Below are positions 10,777 through 21,107 of a DNA stretch of 64,000 nt, piece by piece. The stretch is taken from IMG/VR virus record IMGVR_UViG_3300003937_000325, one strand, 5' to 3'. This DNA comes from a virus. Lineage: Duplodnaviria; Caudoviricetes. Numbering within the stretch: position 1 is the stretch's first letter; each line of letters begins with the position of its first letter. The translations under genes and the position numbers were made by a program. A model generated the notes under the pieces. The model saw only the letters and a list, made by a program, of their open reading frames with translations. It did no database searches and was not told where the DNA came from.

Positions 10777-12615
10777 TTAAGAGAAGTCGACATTTTTAAG
10801 TGACTTAGCCCTTACTTTGATATCGTTATCGGGAAAACGAATTTGATACACCTGATTTGGTTGAGCAAAAATGGTATCATCAATTAACTTTATTTCTTTT
10901 GTTTGACTATCAGAATATCTTTGTGATGTTTGCGAATTAGAGTACCTACCCCCAACTTTTCCAAAAACCTTTAAGTCAGATAATGAAATAACACCTGGAA
11001 TATCTTGAACGATTCTTCTAACATCTGAAACATTAACATTACTACCTAACTGTTGTCTTTGAGGTGAAAAATAACTATCTACAGAATTAATAATATTTGT
11101 GATAATTTGCCCTTGATTTTGAGTCGAATCCATAACAACTGATAAGTCAAATTCTAAATCCACTACGTTTGCACTTGATATGGAGATATAATCATTTATC
11201 ATCCTATAATGTGATAAATAATTAGCAATATTTTGTTTTAATGTATTAGATACCGATTCAGTTAACTTACCTTGGGTGTCGTATGAAAGAATTTCAATTT
11301 TTATTTTATTATCTTCTTCAGTAATCGCAGCCTTAGCAGGTGCACCATATCTACTCGGCATAGTTCTAACTAATGAATTATAATCATTAACCGTTACCGC
11401 TCTTTTTTGTGCGGCAAAATTAAAGGATACCATATTTCTAACTTCCTCAGCAGTTGGTAAATCACCTCCACCGATTGCCGCGGTAACATTATTAGTTCTT
11501 AAACTTTCAATTACATTTTGACTAATTGTACTTGACGGTCCATTTACATCAAAAAATGTTGTACCAAATTGAGTTAATGTATCAACACCAATATTAGACG
11601 CCTTACCACCACCAACTCTATATTGTACAAATAATGTCGTGTTAGCCCTAACAGTAACACCTAAACCAATATTATTTTGATAATCTTGTATTCTTAACGG
11701 AACTCCCGTTCTTGTGAATTCTTGTAACTGTTCTTCAGGTGTTGTAGTACCACCACCAAAATTTATTTTACAATACCCTTCAGGTGTATATTCAGAAACA
11801 AATCGTGTTTCAGTCTCAATATACTTCCCAACTTTAATACCTGGTTGGTCAGCAGGTTTAGTTGGGTCCTCAACAAATATTTTAGACTCAGCCAACGCAT
11901 CGACTTCATACCATTTGTTAGTTGAACTTATAAATTCATCATATGTAGGTGGAGACTGATAGTTAACCCCATCTTTTTGTATTATAGAAGTTATACTAAT
12001 AACATTCTTTTCAGGTAAAAAGAATTCAAAAAATGGTCTAACATCGTTATTATTAATAACCTTTTTAAAAGTTTTAGTTAAACCATTAACTACAACCTCT
12101 CTTTTGGTCATAGTATAATTTATTAAACGATTATTGGCGTCAAAATTTGGTGTCTTAGTACGATTCGGGTAACCTTCACTATTATACTGTGAACTAAACT
12201 CAATGTCATTAGGGTTCTCAAATACTTGACCCCCACCAATAAACTGAGAACCCGCTCTCATAGTACCCAAATATCTCTCATCTTCTTGGTCACCTAAAGC
12301 CGGTACTGTAATTGATACATCAACTAAAGCGATGGAAGGTCTATTACCGGGTATTTTTAACCCATACGTTCTTGCGATATTATATATTGATGACTTCTGT
12401 TGAGCATATTGAAGTACCGTTTCTTGTATACTACGGTCCATATGGTAATGTAAGTTATCACCAATCGCAGCGTTTAAATCCATAAATACCGAATAAATGG
12501 ATGCGTCATTAAAATTACCTATTAAATCAGGGTAATATTGTTGAGTGTAATTTATCAATTCCTGTCTTAAGGATTGAAAGTCTCTATCTGTGTATGAAAT
12601 TTTACGGTTAGCCAT
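10777..12615 (-). CDS. Baseplate wedge subunit (T4 gp6 / baseplate J-like)
   Basis: YTDRDFQSLRQELINY...; YRVGGGKASNI; FAAQKRAVTVNDY motif typical of gp6/BplJ. Adjacent to a gp25-like gene. Confidence 0.9.
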   Translation of the reverse strand: MANRKISYTDRDFQSLRQELINYTQQYYPDLIGNFNDASIYSVFMDLNAAIGDNLHYHMDRSIQETVLQYAQQKSSIYNIARTYGLKIPGNRPSIALVDVSITVPALGDQEDERYLGTMRAGSQFIGGGQVFENPNDIEFSSQYNSEGYPNRTKTPNFDANNRLINYTMTKREVVVNGLTKTFKKVINNNDVRPFFEFFLPEKNVISITSIIQKDGVNYQSPPTYDEFISSTNKWYEVDALAESKIFVEDPTKPADQPGIKVGKYIETETRFVSEYTPEGYCKINFGGGTTTPEEQLQEFTRTGVPLRIQDYQNNIGLGVTVRANTTLFVQYRVGGGKASNIGVDTLTQFGTTFFDVNGPSSTISQNVIESLRTNNVTAAIGGGDLPTAEEVRNMVSFNFAAQKRAVTVNDYNSLVRTMPSRYGAPAKAAITEEDNKIKIEILSYDTQGKLTESVSNTLKQNIANYLSHYRMINDYISISSANVVDLEFDLSVVMDSTQNQGQIITNIINSVDSYFSPQRQQLGSNVNVSDVRRIVQDIPGVISLSDLKVFGKVGGRYSNSQTSQRYSDSQTKEIKLIDDTIFAQPNQVYQIRFPDNDIKVRAKSLKNVDFS

Positions 12616-12621
12616 ATACTA

Positions 12622-13083
12622 TTAAATATTTATAATCACGAAATCTTTTGATGAAAATGTACCACTAACAATTGTATAGTCAATTCTTAACTTTGCAGTA
12701 TACTCAACCGCACTATCACTAGCTACTCTAAAAATTTGACCACCTAACTCATCATAGTTTATTTCACCAGGTAAAGGTTCCGCCTCTACATAAGGTTCTA
12801 TTGTAATATCATTTATTTGTAAATTAGGTATATACTTATCTACAGCTTGTCGGACATCGGCTTTTATAGCATCGAATGTTGGTCCATCCATTGGTTCAAA
12901 AATAAACTCATAAATACGAGTTCCAAAATCAGGTAAATAATATCTACTTCCTTTCCTAGTTAATATTAAATGTAGTAAATCTGCCCTAATCTCCTCATCA
13001 GTTGATTGAGTCAATCTAAGGTAGTCCCCTTGTAAACTATCCCTGAATGGAAAGAATACACCGTATGTTTTACCGTTCGCCAT
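12622..13083 (-). CDS. Baseplate wedge protein gp25-like (GPW/gp25 family)
   Basis: IRADLLHLILTRKGSRYYLPDFGTRIYEFIFEP...YIPNLQINDITI is the canonical gp25 pattern. Confidence 0.92.
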   Translation of the reverse strand: MANGKTYGVFFPFRDSLQGDYLRLTQSTDEEIRADLLHLILTRKGSRYYLPDFGTRIYEFIFEPMDGPTFDAIKADVRQAVDKYIPNLQINDITIEPYVEAEPLPGEINYDELGGQIFRVASDSAVEYTAKLRIDYTIVSGTFSSKDFVIINI

Positions 13084-13127
13084 ATTTCATAAATATAAAC
13101 ACAGATTATTTTATCTAAATATAAAAG

Positions 13128-13152
13128 AAAAAAGGTTAGACGAATCTAACCT
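13128..13152 (-). terminator. Intrinsic terminator after nrdA
   Basis: Minus strand: AGGTTAGA-TTCG-TCTAACCT followed by a T run. UUCG tetraloop. Confidence 0.85.
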
Positions 13153-13181
13153 TTTCACATAAAATACTATTATTTTATTCC

Positions 13182-14888
13182 TTAACCTTCACATGCAACA
13201 CATTGTAAATCATTTAGATTTAACTTTTTCCTTGCAAATGCCTGTGCCGAATTCATAGAATGTTGGTAATATAAAGTTTTAACCCCCAACTTCCACGAGT
13301 CAATAAGTAATTTATTAACATCTTTAGTCGGCATCTCAGGTGATACCATTAAGTTTAGAGACTGTGATTGGTCAATAAAATCTTGTCTAATTGCCGCCTG
13401 ATTAATAATCGATGATTGGTTAATCTCAGCAAAAGTTCTAAAGACATCTTTTTGTTCGTCACTTAGGAAGTCTAAGTGTTGTACTGACCCATCAGCCTTT
13501 TTTATACTATCCCAAGTCTCTTTATTATCTCGACCCATAGTGTCTAATAATTCTTTCAACACTGGATTTTTTATAGTTACCTTCATCTTAGCAACATCCT
13601 TAACATAACAGTTAGACCAAATTGGTTCAATAGATTGTGATACCTGACCAAGAATAAATGCTGATGACGTAGTCGGAGCGACCGCATTAAGTGTTACGTT
13701 TCTTCTACCATAACCTTTTAGATATTCAGGTTCCCCAAATATTTCAGCTAACTCCTCGGATGCTTTATATGATTTATCTTTAATAGTTTTAAACACCTCA
13801 ACGTTAAGTTTAGCGGTTTCTCTGGTATCAAAAGCCAACCCTTTTGATTGTAATAATGAGTGCCAACCTAAAACACCTAAACCAAGAGCTCTTTGTCTTT
13901 TAGCGAAGTTATAAGCTTTTTCCATATAAAGAAACGCCATTTTACCTTCTCTAGTACCATTGTCTCTTAATTCCTCTAATTTATTACAATATTCAGTAAC
14001 TACTGCGTCTAAGAAATAAACCATAGTTTCAACAGCATCGGTATCTTTCCACTCATCGTAGTGTAACACATTCATTGAAGATAATACACAAACGAATGAT
14101 TCATCTTCAGAGTTATGTAGAGCTATCTCAGAACAAAGATTAGAGTTATAAATTTTAGCCCCTTTATCTTGGTAAACTTTAGGTGCATTATTATTCATCG
14201 TGTCATGAAACATAATATATGGGTAACCAATTTCACCTCTTCTTTGGATTACTTTTGCCCATATTTTTCTTTTCTCATCGTCACCTGCAATCATTTCTTC
14301 CATAAATTTATCAGTCACTGTAACTGCGTGTGTTAAATCTTGGATTGAAGCCCCTTCTGTACCAATCTCTAAGAACTCCATAATATCTGGATGTTCAACG
14401 GGTAAGTAAGGTGAGAAACGACCTCTTCTTGTCGCCCCTTGTGAAATATTATCAACAACACTCTGAAATAAGTTCATGAAGTGAACCGCACCAGGAGCAT
14501 GTCCATTGTCAGTTATCTTAGCTCCACGACCTCTAATGTTACCGAAGTACCCTGAGGTACCACCACCCATTTTACTCATTTCTCCAACTTCAGCTTGAGT
14601 AAATAATATTGATTCTATGTTATCGCTAACATTAGAACCAAAACAACTTACAGGTAAACCTCTAACTTTACCAAAATTTGCCCATACAGGTGATGATAAC
14701 GAATACCATCCTTTACTCATATAGTCGTAAAATTTTTCAGCAAACCCTTCTTTACCTAAAAGTTTTTCTGCATGTTGTGCAATTGTTTTTATTCTATCTA
14801 AAGGTTCTTCACCTTCACTTAAATAACCTCTACGAAGAAACGTTATTGATTCTTCATTAATCCAATTAAAAGGTTTTCTATTTTTCAT
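13182..14888 (-). CDS. nrdA: Ribonucleotide reductase class Ia large subunit, without an ATP-cone
   Basis: VSCF, SNLCSEI (N-C-E catalytic triad), FVCVL, LYYQH tyrosine pair and C-terminal CVACEG. The short N-terminus lacks an ATP-cone. Confidence 0.95.
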   Translation of the reverse strand: MKNRKPFNWINEESITFLRRGYLSEGEEPLDRIKTIAQHAEKLLGKEGFAEKFYDYMSKGWYSLSSPVWANFGKVRGLPVSCFGSNVSDNIESILFTQAEVGEMSKMGGGTSGYFGNIRGRGAKITDNGHAPGAVHFMNLFQSVVDNISQGATRRGRFSPYLPVEHPDIMEFLEIGTEGASIQDLTHAVTVTDKFMEEMIAGDDEKRKIWAKVIQRRGEIGYPYIMFHDTMNNNAPKVYQDKGAKIYNSNLCSEIALHNSEDESFVCVLSSMNVLHYDEWKDTDAVETMVYFLDAVVTEYCNKLEELRDNGTREGKMAFLYMEKAYNFAKRQRALGLGVLGWHSLLQSKGLAFDTRETAKLNVEVFKTIKDKSYKASEELAEIFGEPEYLKGYGRRNVTLNAVAPTTSSAFILGQVSQSIEPIWSNCYVKDVAKMKVTIKNPVLKELLDTMGRDNKETWDSIKKADGSVQHLDFLSDEQKDVFRTFAEINQSSIINQAAIRQDFIDQSQSLNLMVSPEMPTKDVNKLLIDSWKLGVKTLYYQHSMNSAQAFARKKLNLNDLQCVACEG

Positions 14889-14918
14889 ATTATTGTTTTA
14901 TTATTGTTTTGTTTCTTT

Positions 14919-16199
14919 TTAAAATAAGTCGTTTGACGTTATTGATTTTTGTTTCTTACTATAGTTAATACTTCTTTTATTGAAAAAATCAGTATGTTTG
15001 GTCGTTAAAATCTCATCATCAAACCACTCTGTAGTTTCTAATAATGTATCATTAGTTTCGAATATACTGTCAACACCTATAGAATTCAAAGATACATTAA
15101 ATCTATATTTAATGAACTCCATTGTTTGTTTTTTAGTTAAGAAATCTAAATCACCTTTTTCAAAAATCCAATTAACCACTTCAGTCTCAGCCTCGTAAGC
15201 CTCTTTAGTTGCAATAATTAAATCTTCAACTAACTGAGGTGTCCACCATTCAGGGTTTTCTTTTTTAATTAAATTAACTAACTCAAACCCAAATTCAGCA
15301 TGAATATTTTCTTCTTTAGATGTCGCCTCAACCGCGTTACTAATACCCTTTAATTTGTTTTTATGTTTATTAAATGACATAATAACTAAAAATTGTGAGA
15401 ATAACGAAACGTTTTCAACAAACATCGAGAATAAAACTATAGACTCAAAATACTCTTTATCGTCAACTGATTTTGAATTTGAAATCGCTTTCTCTAAATA
15501 TTTAATTCTCCTTCTCACTTGTGGTACTTCTAATAAATTTTCAAATTCATTATTAAGACCTAATAGTTGTATTAAGTGTGAATATGCGTCTGCGTGTCTT
15601 ACTTCCGATTCCGCAAATGTCGCACCGACATTACCAATTTCAGGTTTTGGCATCCTCTTATAAATGTCACCCCAAAATGATTTAACTGCAACTTCAATTT
15701 GTGAAATTGCTAACATCGCTCTTTCAACTGCCGATTTTTCTTTTTCGTTTAAATGTACTTTGTAATCTTGGATATCTGACGTATAATTAAATTCAGTGTG
15801 TACCCAGTATGAATGTCTAATTGCGTCAACATACTCATTTAAATTAGGGTATTCGTAAGGTTTAAGATTAATTCTTTTTGAAAAGATGTTAGGTTGGTTC
15901 TTAGAACGATAAATAATGTATTCTTTGGCAACGTCATTTAAACCGTTATCCATTAACTTATTTTCAACCATATCATGAATTTCATCTACGTTAGGAATTC
16001 TTTCTTTATTACCTCTGAAAAGTCCTTTTGTTGTGAGTCTAGCAATTTTTTCAGCCATACCCTCATCAACTTTATCAATACTTTTCATGGCATTTAAAAT
16101 AGCCATTTCAATCTTTTCAGATTTAAAAACTACTTTATCTCCACTTCTCTTTATTACGTAACGAATGTCTTTTGAGACACTATCTATTAGATTGTCCAT
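14919..16199 (-). CDS. nrdB: Ribonucleotide reductase small (beta) subunit with an N-terminal ATP-cone
   Basis: Di-metal motifs (ESEVRH, VEN, KEENIH) and C-terminal DFF..RSINY. aa ~12-100 (VIKRSG...FKSEKIEMAI...VDEIHDMVENKL...VAKEYIIYR) form an ATP-cone. Confidence 0.95.
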   Translation of the reverse strand: MDNLIDSVSKDIRYVIKRSGDKVVFKSEKIEMAILNAMKSIDKVDEGMAEKIARLTTKGLFRGNKERIPNVDEIHDMVENKLMDNGLNDVAKEYIIYRSKNQPNIFSKRINLKPYEYPNLNEYVDAIRHSYWVHTEFNYTSDIQDYKVHLNEKEKSAVERAMLAISQIEVAVKSFWGDIYKRMPKPEIGNVGATFAESEVRHADAYSHLIQLLGLNNEFENLLEVPQVRRRIKYLEKAISNSKSVDDKEYFESIVLFSMFVENVSLFSQFLVIMSFNKHKNKLKGISNAVEATSKEENIHAEFGFELVNLIKKENPEWWTPQLVEDLIIATKEAYEAETEVVNWIFEKGDLDFLTKKQTMEFIKYRFNVSLNSIGVDSIFETNDTLLETTEWFDDEILTTKHTDFFNKRSINYSKKQKSITSNDLF

Positions 16200-16221
16200 T
16201 TACTATTGTTTTTAAAAAAAT

Positions 16222-17601
16222 TTATAATTTATTTTCCCTTTGTTTTCTTTTTTGTAGAAGTTCTTGAATACGTACTTTGTTCTTTTCTTCTTTTTGTTCT
16301 TCCATTCCTAAGAATGTTACACTACTGTCCGTATCAATTTCTATCATTTCGTTATCGAATTTACAATTTTCAAATACAATTCCATCTTTACCAATTCTTG
16401 ATTTAGTAATAGCAATTGTTGCTAAATTCATTTCTTTCTGTTGTAGGGATTTAGCAACAGAAATAATAACGTGACCTACTTGAGCTTTCTTAATTGAACC
16501 ACCCATTTGGTCCGTAGTAACTACTTCAGAAGATATTGACGAACGGTTACCTTGAGTGGCCGTCCATCCTGCTATATCTAATTCATGACACATAGATTCA
16601 AACCCTCTCATAACCGAACCTTCACTTTTCCATTCGTCCCCTAAATTTTTATCGGGAACGATACAATCAATATAATCAACTACAACTAAATCTATTTTAG
16701 TACCTTCCGCTATCATTTTACGTATCTGATTTTTTATTTGATTCATCGTTAACGTATCGGATGGTAACTTCTTTAGAACTAATCGATTAGATGCATTTTC
16801 TTTAATTTGTCTAACTTTTTCTAAAACTTCTTCCCTTTGTAGTGACAAATTATCAGGTGCAATTTTTGTCCACATAGTGAAATGTTTTCTTTGTATAATC
16901 TTAGGGTTGTCTTCGAAAAATATTTGTAAAACATTATAACCTAAGTTAAATGCGTTATTAGCTATTTTACTAAGTACTGTAGTTTTACCCACACCTGTCG
17001 GAGCTAAAATAACTCCAATTTCACCCTTCGCTAACCCACCTTTTAGTAGATTATCTATACCTGTTATTCCCATCGGAATCGGATGTCTAAAGTCATCATC
17101 CAAAACCTCATCTAAATTAAAAAAAACATCTGCAGTTCCCGTATCAACTTCTCCAACTTGTAAAGCTTCTCTTACCATTTCTTCTAAATGGTCATAAGAT
17201 TCAAAATCACCTTTATCGATAATCTTCTGTGCTTTAGTCATTACCTTCTGTAATTCTTGTTGTTTACAGAACTTTAACGCCTTTTCTTGAACGTATTGGT
17301 ATCCATCATCAGGTGCATCTACTACTTGAGTAATCATATCTAAGACCATTTTTTGGGCCATAGGTGACGTAACTTCTGATTTTGTAATTTGTTCAAGTGT
17401 TGAGAACGAAGGAGCGTGTTCGTACTTGTGATAATACTCCTTGGTCATCTGCATGATTAACTTAAAATATTGATTGTCAAAGTACTTAGGTTCCAACACA
17501 TCTACAATAGAACTTGCAAAATCCTTATGAAGGATAATATTGTTAAGTATTTGTAGTTGAAATGTATTACCGAGGTAACCAAAATTCTTTTCTTTTGACA
17601 T
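16222..17601 (-). CDS. dnaB: Replicative DNA helicase (DnaB / T4 gp41-like, SF4)
   Basis: Walker A APTGVGKTT, Walker B VVVDYID, WTATQGNR, and a KSR arginine finger. Confidence 0.92.
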   Translation of the reverse strand: MSKEKNFGYLGNTFQLQILNNIILHKDFASSIVDVLEPKYFDNQYFKLIMQMTKEYYHKYEHAPSFSTLEQITKSEVTSPMAQKMVLDMITQVVDAPDDGYQYVQEKALKFCKQQELQKVMTKAQKIIDKGDFESYDHLEEMVREALQVGEVDTGTADVFFNLDEVLDDDFRHPIPMGITGIDNLLKGGLAKGEIGVILAPTGVGKTTVLSKIANNAFNLGYNVLQIFFEDNPKIIQRKHFTMWTKIAPDNLSLQREEVLEKVRQIKENASNRLVLKKLPSDTLTMNQIKNQIRKMIAEGTKIDLVVVDYIDCIVPDKNLGDEWKSEGSVMRGFESMCHELDIAGWTATQGNRSSISSEVVTTDQMGGSIKKAQVGHVIISVAKSLQQKEMNLATIAITKSRIGKDGIVFENCKFDNEMIEIDTDSSVTFLGMEEQKEEKNKVRIQELLQKRKQRENKL

Positions 17602-17632
17602 ATTTTTTTGAGTTTTAATCTGTGTTTGTAAA

Positions 17633-18097
17633 TTATAAATATGGGTGAATTAGTGAATGCTCCATGTACTTGTAAGTTAAATTTTCACTTGAGAAAGTGT
17701 CAGTTAACTCGCGAAGTAACTTTTTTAGGTGTGGGCGTACATCCACAGTGTATCTAGTCTTAGGTGGGTATAATTTAGCGTCCCAAATTCTATGACAAAT
17801 TGTCTCATCTCCTATCTTAAGATAGATGTTAAAATACTCATCTCCTTCAGTATTTGATGTTTCTAAAATTTCAGGATTGACCATAATTTGACCCATATTT
17901 TCTGAAAGGTAGTTAGATGATTTGATTTTCAAATCTTCTTGGATTACTTCAGCAGCATTTCTGATTACCTCATAAAGTTCAACACTCCCTCTCGCCTTAG
18001 GATTGTACCCACGAACATTAAAGTACCTCTGTACAACAAAGTTGTTGTTTAGAGTCATTAAGAACTCTAATTTGGTTGTTTCTGTTTTTTCTTTCAT
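17633..18097 (-). CDS. Hypothetical protein (154 aa) in the replication cluster
   Basis: ATGA overlap with the exonuclease gene. No motif recognised. Confidence 0.8.
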   Translation of the reverse strand: MKEKTETTKLEFLMTLNNNFVVQRYFNVRGYNPKARGSVELYEVIRNAAEVIQEDLKIKSSNYLSENMGQIMVNPEILETSNTEGDEYFNIYLKIGDETICHRIWDAKLYPPKTRYTVDVRPHLKKLLRELTDTFSSENLTYKYMEHSLIHPYL

Positions 18098-19110
18098 ATT
18101 AAACGTTTTTTAGTTTTAAATCTTCTTTTTTCTTTTCTTGTTAATTTCATAAAAGGGGTTAAAAATTCAACCCACGCGTTGTCATGTTTTGGTAGATACT
18201 TAAAAATTCCATCTTTCATCATCATTCTCATTAAGTTTTTATAACCTCTACCATCAGGGTCTAAATTTTCTGTATGGTACTGTTTAATTATTTCTTTTGA
18301 GTCTTCAGTTAATAATGGTTGAGACAAATCTACGAGTTTTTTATTTATTATAAAAAATTCTTCACCATAAATTCCTCTTTTAGTTTTACCTGAGAGTAAA
18401 TTTTGTAATGCTCGATTGTCTTTATCATTTTTATGTAGCTCCTCCGCACGTTTTAAAATATCATCAATAGTTACGACACTATCAACTATTTCGGGAAATA
18501 ACTTAACAAATGTTTTTTCTCCCATATAACGGATACCGTCAATATTATCGGATTTATCTCCCGATATAATCTTAAATGTTGATATGTTTTGGTGAGGGAT
18601 AGATATATCCTTTAAAGGGACTAAATCTCCATTTTTAAGGGTTATTCTCTTCATCGGTTGGTACACCTCCACTTTGTCCGATATAAGTTGTGTAAGGTCT
18701 TTATCTGAAGAATATATAGTCTTATACTCGTTTTCAGATATTTGACAGTAATAAGCAATTAAATCATCACTTTCAGTATTTTTAACAGAAACTTGTCTGA
18801 TAAACATTTCTTCAAGATAAGCTTTAACTTGTTGTACTTGCCACTCAAATGATTCTTTTTTAGCCTCATTTAAAGTTTGCTTACGATTACCCTTATAGTC
18901 TGGTGAAATAAGTTTTCTTTGGGATGAGTTATTCTCCCCATCCCAAAACACAATTACTTTATCATGATTGTGTTCATTAAGAAACTTTTTGATTGTATTG
19001 ACAAAATGATAGATACCTCCAATATGTTTACCCCCATGATAGAAATCTCTAACTCCATGAAAACCTATTTTAAATAAATTATTTCCGTCAATTAATAATG
19101 TTTTAACCAC
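18094..19110 (-). CDS. 5'-3' exonuclease / flap endonuclease (T4 RNase H, Pol I N-terminal-like)
   Basis: LLIDGNN, FWDG, YKGNR, ESDDLIA, SSDKDLTQL, GDKSDNIDG..GEKT (H3TH motif). Confidence 0.93.
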   Translation of the reverse strand: MVKTLLIDGNNLFKIGFHGVRDFYHGGKHIGGIYHFVNTIKKFLNEHNHDKVIVFWDGENNSSQRKLISPDYKGNRKQTLNEAKKESFEWQVQQVKAYLEEMFIRQVSVKNTESDDLIAYYCQISENEYKTIYSSDKDLTQLISDKVEVYQPMKRITLKNGDLVPLKDISIPHQNISTFKIISGDKSDNIDGIRYMGEKTFVKLFPEIVDSVVTIDDILKRAEELHKNDKDNRALQNLLSGKTKRGIYGEEFFIINKKLVDLSQPLLTEDSKEIIKQYHTENLDPDGRGYKNLMRMMMKDGIFKYLPKHDNAWVEFLTPFMKLTRKEKRRFKTKKRLI

Positions 19111-19128
19111 TTTTTATGCGTTAAATTG

Positions 19129-20133
19129 TTACACTTCCTGTTTTTCTTCTTCTAACTTAAAGTCACCTTCTACTCCAATGACTTCTTTCCAATACTCAGA
19201 TTGTTCACCTTTGTATTTTTCAATTGATTTTTTTTCTTCACTACTTTCCTTACCTGCTAAGAATCCGTGTGGGGTTACAATTATTTTCCCATCAGCATAT
19301 CCTAATCCATTAATGTGATTTTTCATTACTGATATTTTTGTTCTTGAAGCGAACTTTACTTTTCTTTTGTTCTTAACCGCAGATATAGTTGTTGTCCCAG
19401 CATTTTTTTGATTACCAAATAAAAACACCAAAGACGAGTTTAACCATATTGATTCTCCACCTTTAGCCTTAATTTTGGGTTGACCAAATGGTGAGTCAGG
19501 TAAAGCCACCCACGGTTGATTAACTATTAGTAAAGTATTTTCATACTTAGAATCTGCCTTACGTGAACCCGATATCCTTTGGTTGATACCCATACCTATT
19601 TTATCCGCTAATGTGGATGCATTATGTTGTTTACCTCCTTTACCATCAAAAGTCATCTTACATGGTACCGAACCTACTGAATCCCATAAGAAAAGTAAAT
19701 CATACTCTAATTCACCCTTATTTTGTGCATCCAATAATTCATTGATGTAGTCAGTTATTTGCTCAATATAATTAAAATTATTATTAAAAATAAAGAACCC
19801 GTCCCAATCTAATTCACCCGTTTCTTCATCCACAACTTCTTCACATTCAAACCCCATTAACTTAGCGTGTTCAAATGACCATTTTTGTTCGGTAATTATA
19901 AACACAGGTAAAATACCTTTTTTTTGTGCGTCAACCGCCGCCTTTACTAAAGCTGTTGTTTTACCCGTATCTGAATGACCTAAAAACATATTTAAATGAC
20001 CAATTGCGGGGCCAGGTAATCCAACCGCGTCTAAGAAATCTTCACCCAAATCTAAAAACCTTTGTGGTTTGTATTTTGCAGATGTAGAAAATTTCTTCTT
20101 TATACTACTAAAATCTTTTTTCTTTATTGCCAT
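19129..20133 (-). CDS. recA: RecA/UvsX-like recombinase
   Basis: Walker A GHSDTGKTT, Walker B LFLWDSVGS, INQ-like VNQ, KAKGG, and KNH near the C-terminus. Confidence 0.88.
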   Translation of the reverse strand: MAIKKKDFSSIKKKFSTSAKYKPQRFLDLGEDFLDAVGLPGPAIGHLNMFLGHSDTGKTTALVKAAVDAQKKGILPVFIITEQKWSFEHAKLMGFECEEVVDEETGELDWDGFFIFNNNFNYIEQITDYINELLDAQNKGELEYDLLFLWDSVGSVPCKMTFDGKGGKQHNASTLADKIGMGINQRISGSRKADSKYENTLLIVNQPWVALPDSPFGQPKIKAKGGESIWLNSSLVFLFGNQKNAGTTTISAVKNKRKVKFASRTKISVMKNHINGLGYADGKIIVTPHGFLAGKESSEEKKSIEKYKGEQSEYWKEVIGVEGDFKLEEEKQEV

Positions 20134-20151
20134 ATTTTTTAATTTGATAAA

Positions 20152-20181
20152 GGTGGTAACGACATCACTGTCGTCACCACC
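20152..20181 (-). terminator. Strong hairpin between the SSB and RecA genes (attenuator or terminator-like)
   Basis: Minus strand: GGTGGTGACGAC-AGTGAT-GTCGTTACCACC (12 bp, one G-U pair), followed only by TTTAT. Confidence 0.6.
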
Positions 20182-20197
20182 ATCATGTTAGTTGTTA

Positions 20198-21058
20198 TTA
20201 AAATGGTAAGTCTGTGTCCACACCCATTTTTGATTGTGGGTCAGTTGTTTCCTCAGTTTTAGTCGATTCGTTTGAACCACCTAACACTACTTCAGAAGAG
20301 TCGTCACCATAAACATATTTCTTTAAGTCAGAACTCCAAACAGGTGTCTCACCTCTTGCAATCGCCTCTAAGTACTCCACAGGTTTCTGTGCGTAAACAT
20401 CTTGCCATGTTAACTCATTAGTCATCCACTCATCCATTTGAGACTTTTCTGAGTGTATCGGACATGGGTCGTCATACATAACTGTCTGTACAACAGTGTA
20501 CTCAATACCTTTAGGTGTTTTAGCCTTTGATAATTCAACCATTAAATCACGTCCTTCATTCGCGTCGGTAACATCTCCCTTAGCTTTCCATATTGGAATG
20601 ATTTTATCTAAGATACCTTCTTGTTTGTAGTTATCTTTAAATCTCCAAAATTTAGGTCCGTGGTCTTCATTATCTCTATCAATAAGTTTTACAATATAGA
20701 ATTTACGTGGACGGTATTGTCTCGCCAAATCCTTGTCAGATTCCTTACCTGTTGAGATTAGTTCTTCGTAAACCTCTGTAAGAGGTGAACGTTCTCCGTC
20801 ATTCTTTCCTGGGTCATATAGTTTTGTCCATTTACCATCAATCTGTACTTCGTGGTACCACACTTCTTTAAAAGGTGATGACCCGTCAGGTGTTGGTAAG
20901 ATACGCACTCTTTTTTGTCCCGAACTTGTACCTTTTGGTAAATAAGTCGTGAAATAACGTTTTAGTCTATCTTCTTGAGAGATAGATTGTTTTCCATTGT
21001 TTGATTTTGAAGTATTCTTCTCGTACTGAGCTAATACTGCGTCTAATGCATTTGCCAT
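20198..21058 (-). CDS. Single-stranded DNA-binding protein (T4 gp32-like)
   Basis: RVRILP...PFKEVWYH, YIVKLIDR...PKFWRF, GRDL, acidic tail ending DTDLPF. Located next to the recombinase. Confidence 0.85.
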   Translation of the reverse strand: MANALDAVLAQYEKNTSKSNNGKQSISQEDRLKRYFTTYLPKGTSSGQKRVRILPTPDGSSPFKEVWYHEVQIDGKWTKLYDPGKNDGERSPLTEVYEELISTGKESDKDLARQYRPRKFYIVKLIDRDNEDHGPKFWRFKDNYKQEGILDKIIPIWKAKGDVTDANEGRDLMVELSKAKTPKGIEYTVVQTVMYDDPCPIHSEKSQMDEWMTNELTWQDVYAQKPVEYLEAIARGETPVWSSDLKKYVYGDDSSEVVLGGSNESTKTEETTDPQSKMGVDTDLPF

Positions 21059-21107
21059 AATTTTTCTTTTTTCTCTGTTATTATTTATTTATCGTTTACT
21101 CAATTAT

